A DNA stretch of 63,965 nt, filler included, from Choristocarpus tenellus KU-1152 (lineage: Eukaryota > Protista > Phaeophyceae), in NCBI GenBank assembly GCA_964200185.2. It is 16 parts of 16 records of this genome, joined end to end, with 100 filler letters (N's around TTAATTAATTAA, not from the genome) between each part and the next. Parts side by side here need not be neighbours in the genome. Positions count along the whole stretch, not along the records: positions 61,179 to 63,965 come from CAXNAD020024766.1; 15 more parts are not named here. One strand, written 5' to 3'. A model generated the notes under the pieces. It saw only the letters and a list, made by a program, of their open reading frames with translations, was not told where the DNA came from and made no database searches. The position numbers and the translations under genes are program-made. This document shows, in pieces, positions 62,001-63,965 of this stretch (within the stretch, counting starts at the first letter, position 1; every line of letters begins with the position of its first letter).

Positions 62001-62339
62001 TTTGAGTGAGTAGTTGGTGGAACAAACAGCTTACTGGACGAGTGGTATGCCAGAGAAGTTCTGATAGCTGAGCCAACCCAAGCAGATCGGGTCACACACA
62101 CACTCACCACTGTCCACTGAATGCTGCTTTTCTCATTGTTTTGTTCTTTTTATTATTTACTCTTCTTGCGCTCCTCTCCCCTTTGATTTATATAGTATTT
62201 ATATTGTACACCTGATGAGTGGTGTTCGGATTGTATGGACTGGGTGTGGAACTTGCTATTACATATATATATATATATAATTTTTTTAATTCATTTTTCC
62301 TTTATCGGATCTCCACCTATGTATGATATCGTATATTAC

Positions 62340-63200
62340 CAGGGCTTTTCACTAGGCCTGCAAACGATAATGGTCCCATCCGCCGGTCAGACCAGTCACA
62401 CAAATGTTTAACGTGTCCTAGTCTATGTCCCCTATGTGTTAAACTGGTCCATCTCTGCCGCCTGGACCGCGTTAAACACTCTCCGATGTATGTTCAGGCC
62501 ATTTCCATTGGGTGTTGAACTAGTCCTTGTCCACTAGCTGGACCGGGTCTAGCATTCTCTACCATGTCCGGATCATGCCCACTAGATAATTGTACCGGTC
62601 CATGTAGGCCGGCTAGGTAGCTAGCCAGTCTAACTTTTTTCTGGTATGTCCGGACCATGTCCACCACCTCTGTTACTAGTCCAACAATTAAAGACGTGTA
62701 CATGCCAAAGACCAAGTTATGCTCCAGTACGTTCAAGGTAGATATTGCTACTGTTTCAAATCTTCTCTGGACTTTCTTGGTTCGAAATCATGTAGAACAT
62801 GTACACATGTCCAGTGAAAATGTCAGGAGATATTTATGCTTGGATATTTTTTCTTTGCATATTTGTTATGTGGCCTGCTAATACTATATGGTAAAGGGTG
62901 ATGAAAACCATCAGAGATGAGGTTCAGGTAGAAGTGAGATGGGGTGAGGCATGATGGCCATGATTTGACAGTCTCAGAGTACCGTGCTGATCAACCTCCA
63001 CAGTGACTGGTTGCGACCAGTCAGAACAGAAAAAACAATCTCAACCTTTGCTGGTATGAATCCACCGTTCATGTTGGGCTTCCACAAGGCGATCATGCGT
63101 GTGACCCGCACCGTATCACCTTGACTGGCCTCAATGGGCAAAGGGTCGCGTGTGAAAATGTATATGACTGCGTGCATGATCCAAATAAGTATGTTGGAGA
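62340..63200 (-). mobile_element. hAT transposon 3' part (dimerisation-domain remnant plus terminus)
   Basis: RDPL ... FIPAKVEIVFSVLTGRNQSLWRLI resembles DPL..W...PA.S..ERVFS....R..L. Terminus CAGGGCTTTTC at 62340 with GGACC/GGTCC-rich subterminal motifs. Confidence 0.4.
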
Positions 63201-63965
63201 TCCCTAAGGGACGACCTCTCCCTCACATATTTACTATTTTCACATTTGACCCTTTGCGTGAAAATACATTGTATAGTAGTTTCAAGATTCATCTTGAAGT
63301 TACAAATCACCTCAGCCAACCCAAAATACCAAACACACAACAATGCATTTCATGTAGTCAATTTTCATTTTTGAAGTCTCTAAATTGTTAAGATTGAATA
63401 TAATATAGAAATATCAAGTATATTATACTTAGTACTTAGAGTAGTAGGAGCAAAGGATAGAAGATAGAAGTAGAGTAGTGAATGGTGAATAGGGAGTCAT
63501 GACCATGATGCGTGCCAAAATAAAAATTATATTGCCGGCCATAGATAAAATATTCTAACATCACCGAGTCTATGGCCATCAGTACCTACCCAACATGACC
63601 AACGCCACCAGCCAGCCATGTACAACCAATTTTGGGCATGACTGAGTACATGGCCATCGACTGTTTAAACATGGCGGAGCCGTGGACTGGCTCGCGTTCA
63701 GATAGCCTACCACAGACATGCTAACTGCCTGGCGTGGTGAATTAGCCCTGTAAATTACACCTATTATACCAACTAAACATTCCACTACTATTGTTTCCGG
63801 TTTCCATATTTTGTGCACGTGATGTGGACGCGCGATTATAGACACTCCCAAACGAAATTTGAGCACCATACAAAGAAATTGTAAACACAAATTGTTTGTG
63901 TAGAAGGAATTTGACATGAGCATTTGGAAGAAAAATTAGTGACCCAAAGTATCTGGGGGGGGGGG

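Overview
Intron-rich eukaryotic nuclear DNA, most likely a flagellate stramenopile alga of or near the brown-algal lineage. That assignment is inferred from an axonemal dynein heavy chain, a GT23 fucosyltransferase, TTAGGG motifs and the RTE/Copia/Gypsy/DIRS mix. The window is not one locus: about 16 contigs of roughly 2.6-9.4 kb are joined by an artificial 100-nt linker (44N-TTAATTAATTAA-44N), so adjacency across linkers is meaningless. Most listed ORFs are spurious. Supportable genes are all on the minus strand: DNAH6-like dynein exons, THOC6-like WD40 exons, a large FN3-repeat terminal exon, an unidentified spliced gene with a 24-nt microexon, and a MITE-disrupted GT23 pseudogene. The rest is dominated by decayed transposons and four MITE families with related ends and mixed 3/4-bp target-site duplications (TSDs). 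Best leads: (1) strong CpG-to-TpG/CpA decay in repeats and apparently in host exons, pointing to 5mC deamination or RIP-like hypermutation; (2) an intronless ParB/Srx-like ORF at 38519; (3) a MITE network with bipartite ends offset by one helical turn, plus a candidate decayed autonomous transposase near 3150-3560. All protein assignments come from motif recognition by eye, not database searches.
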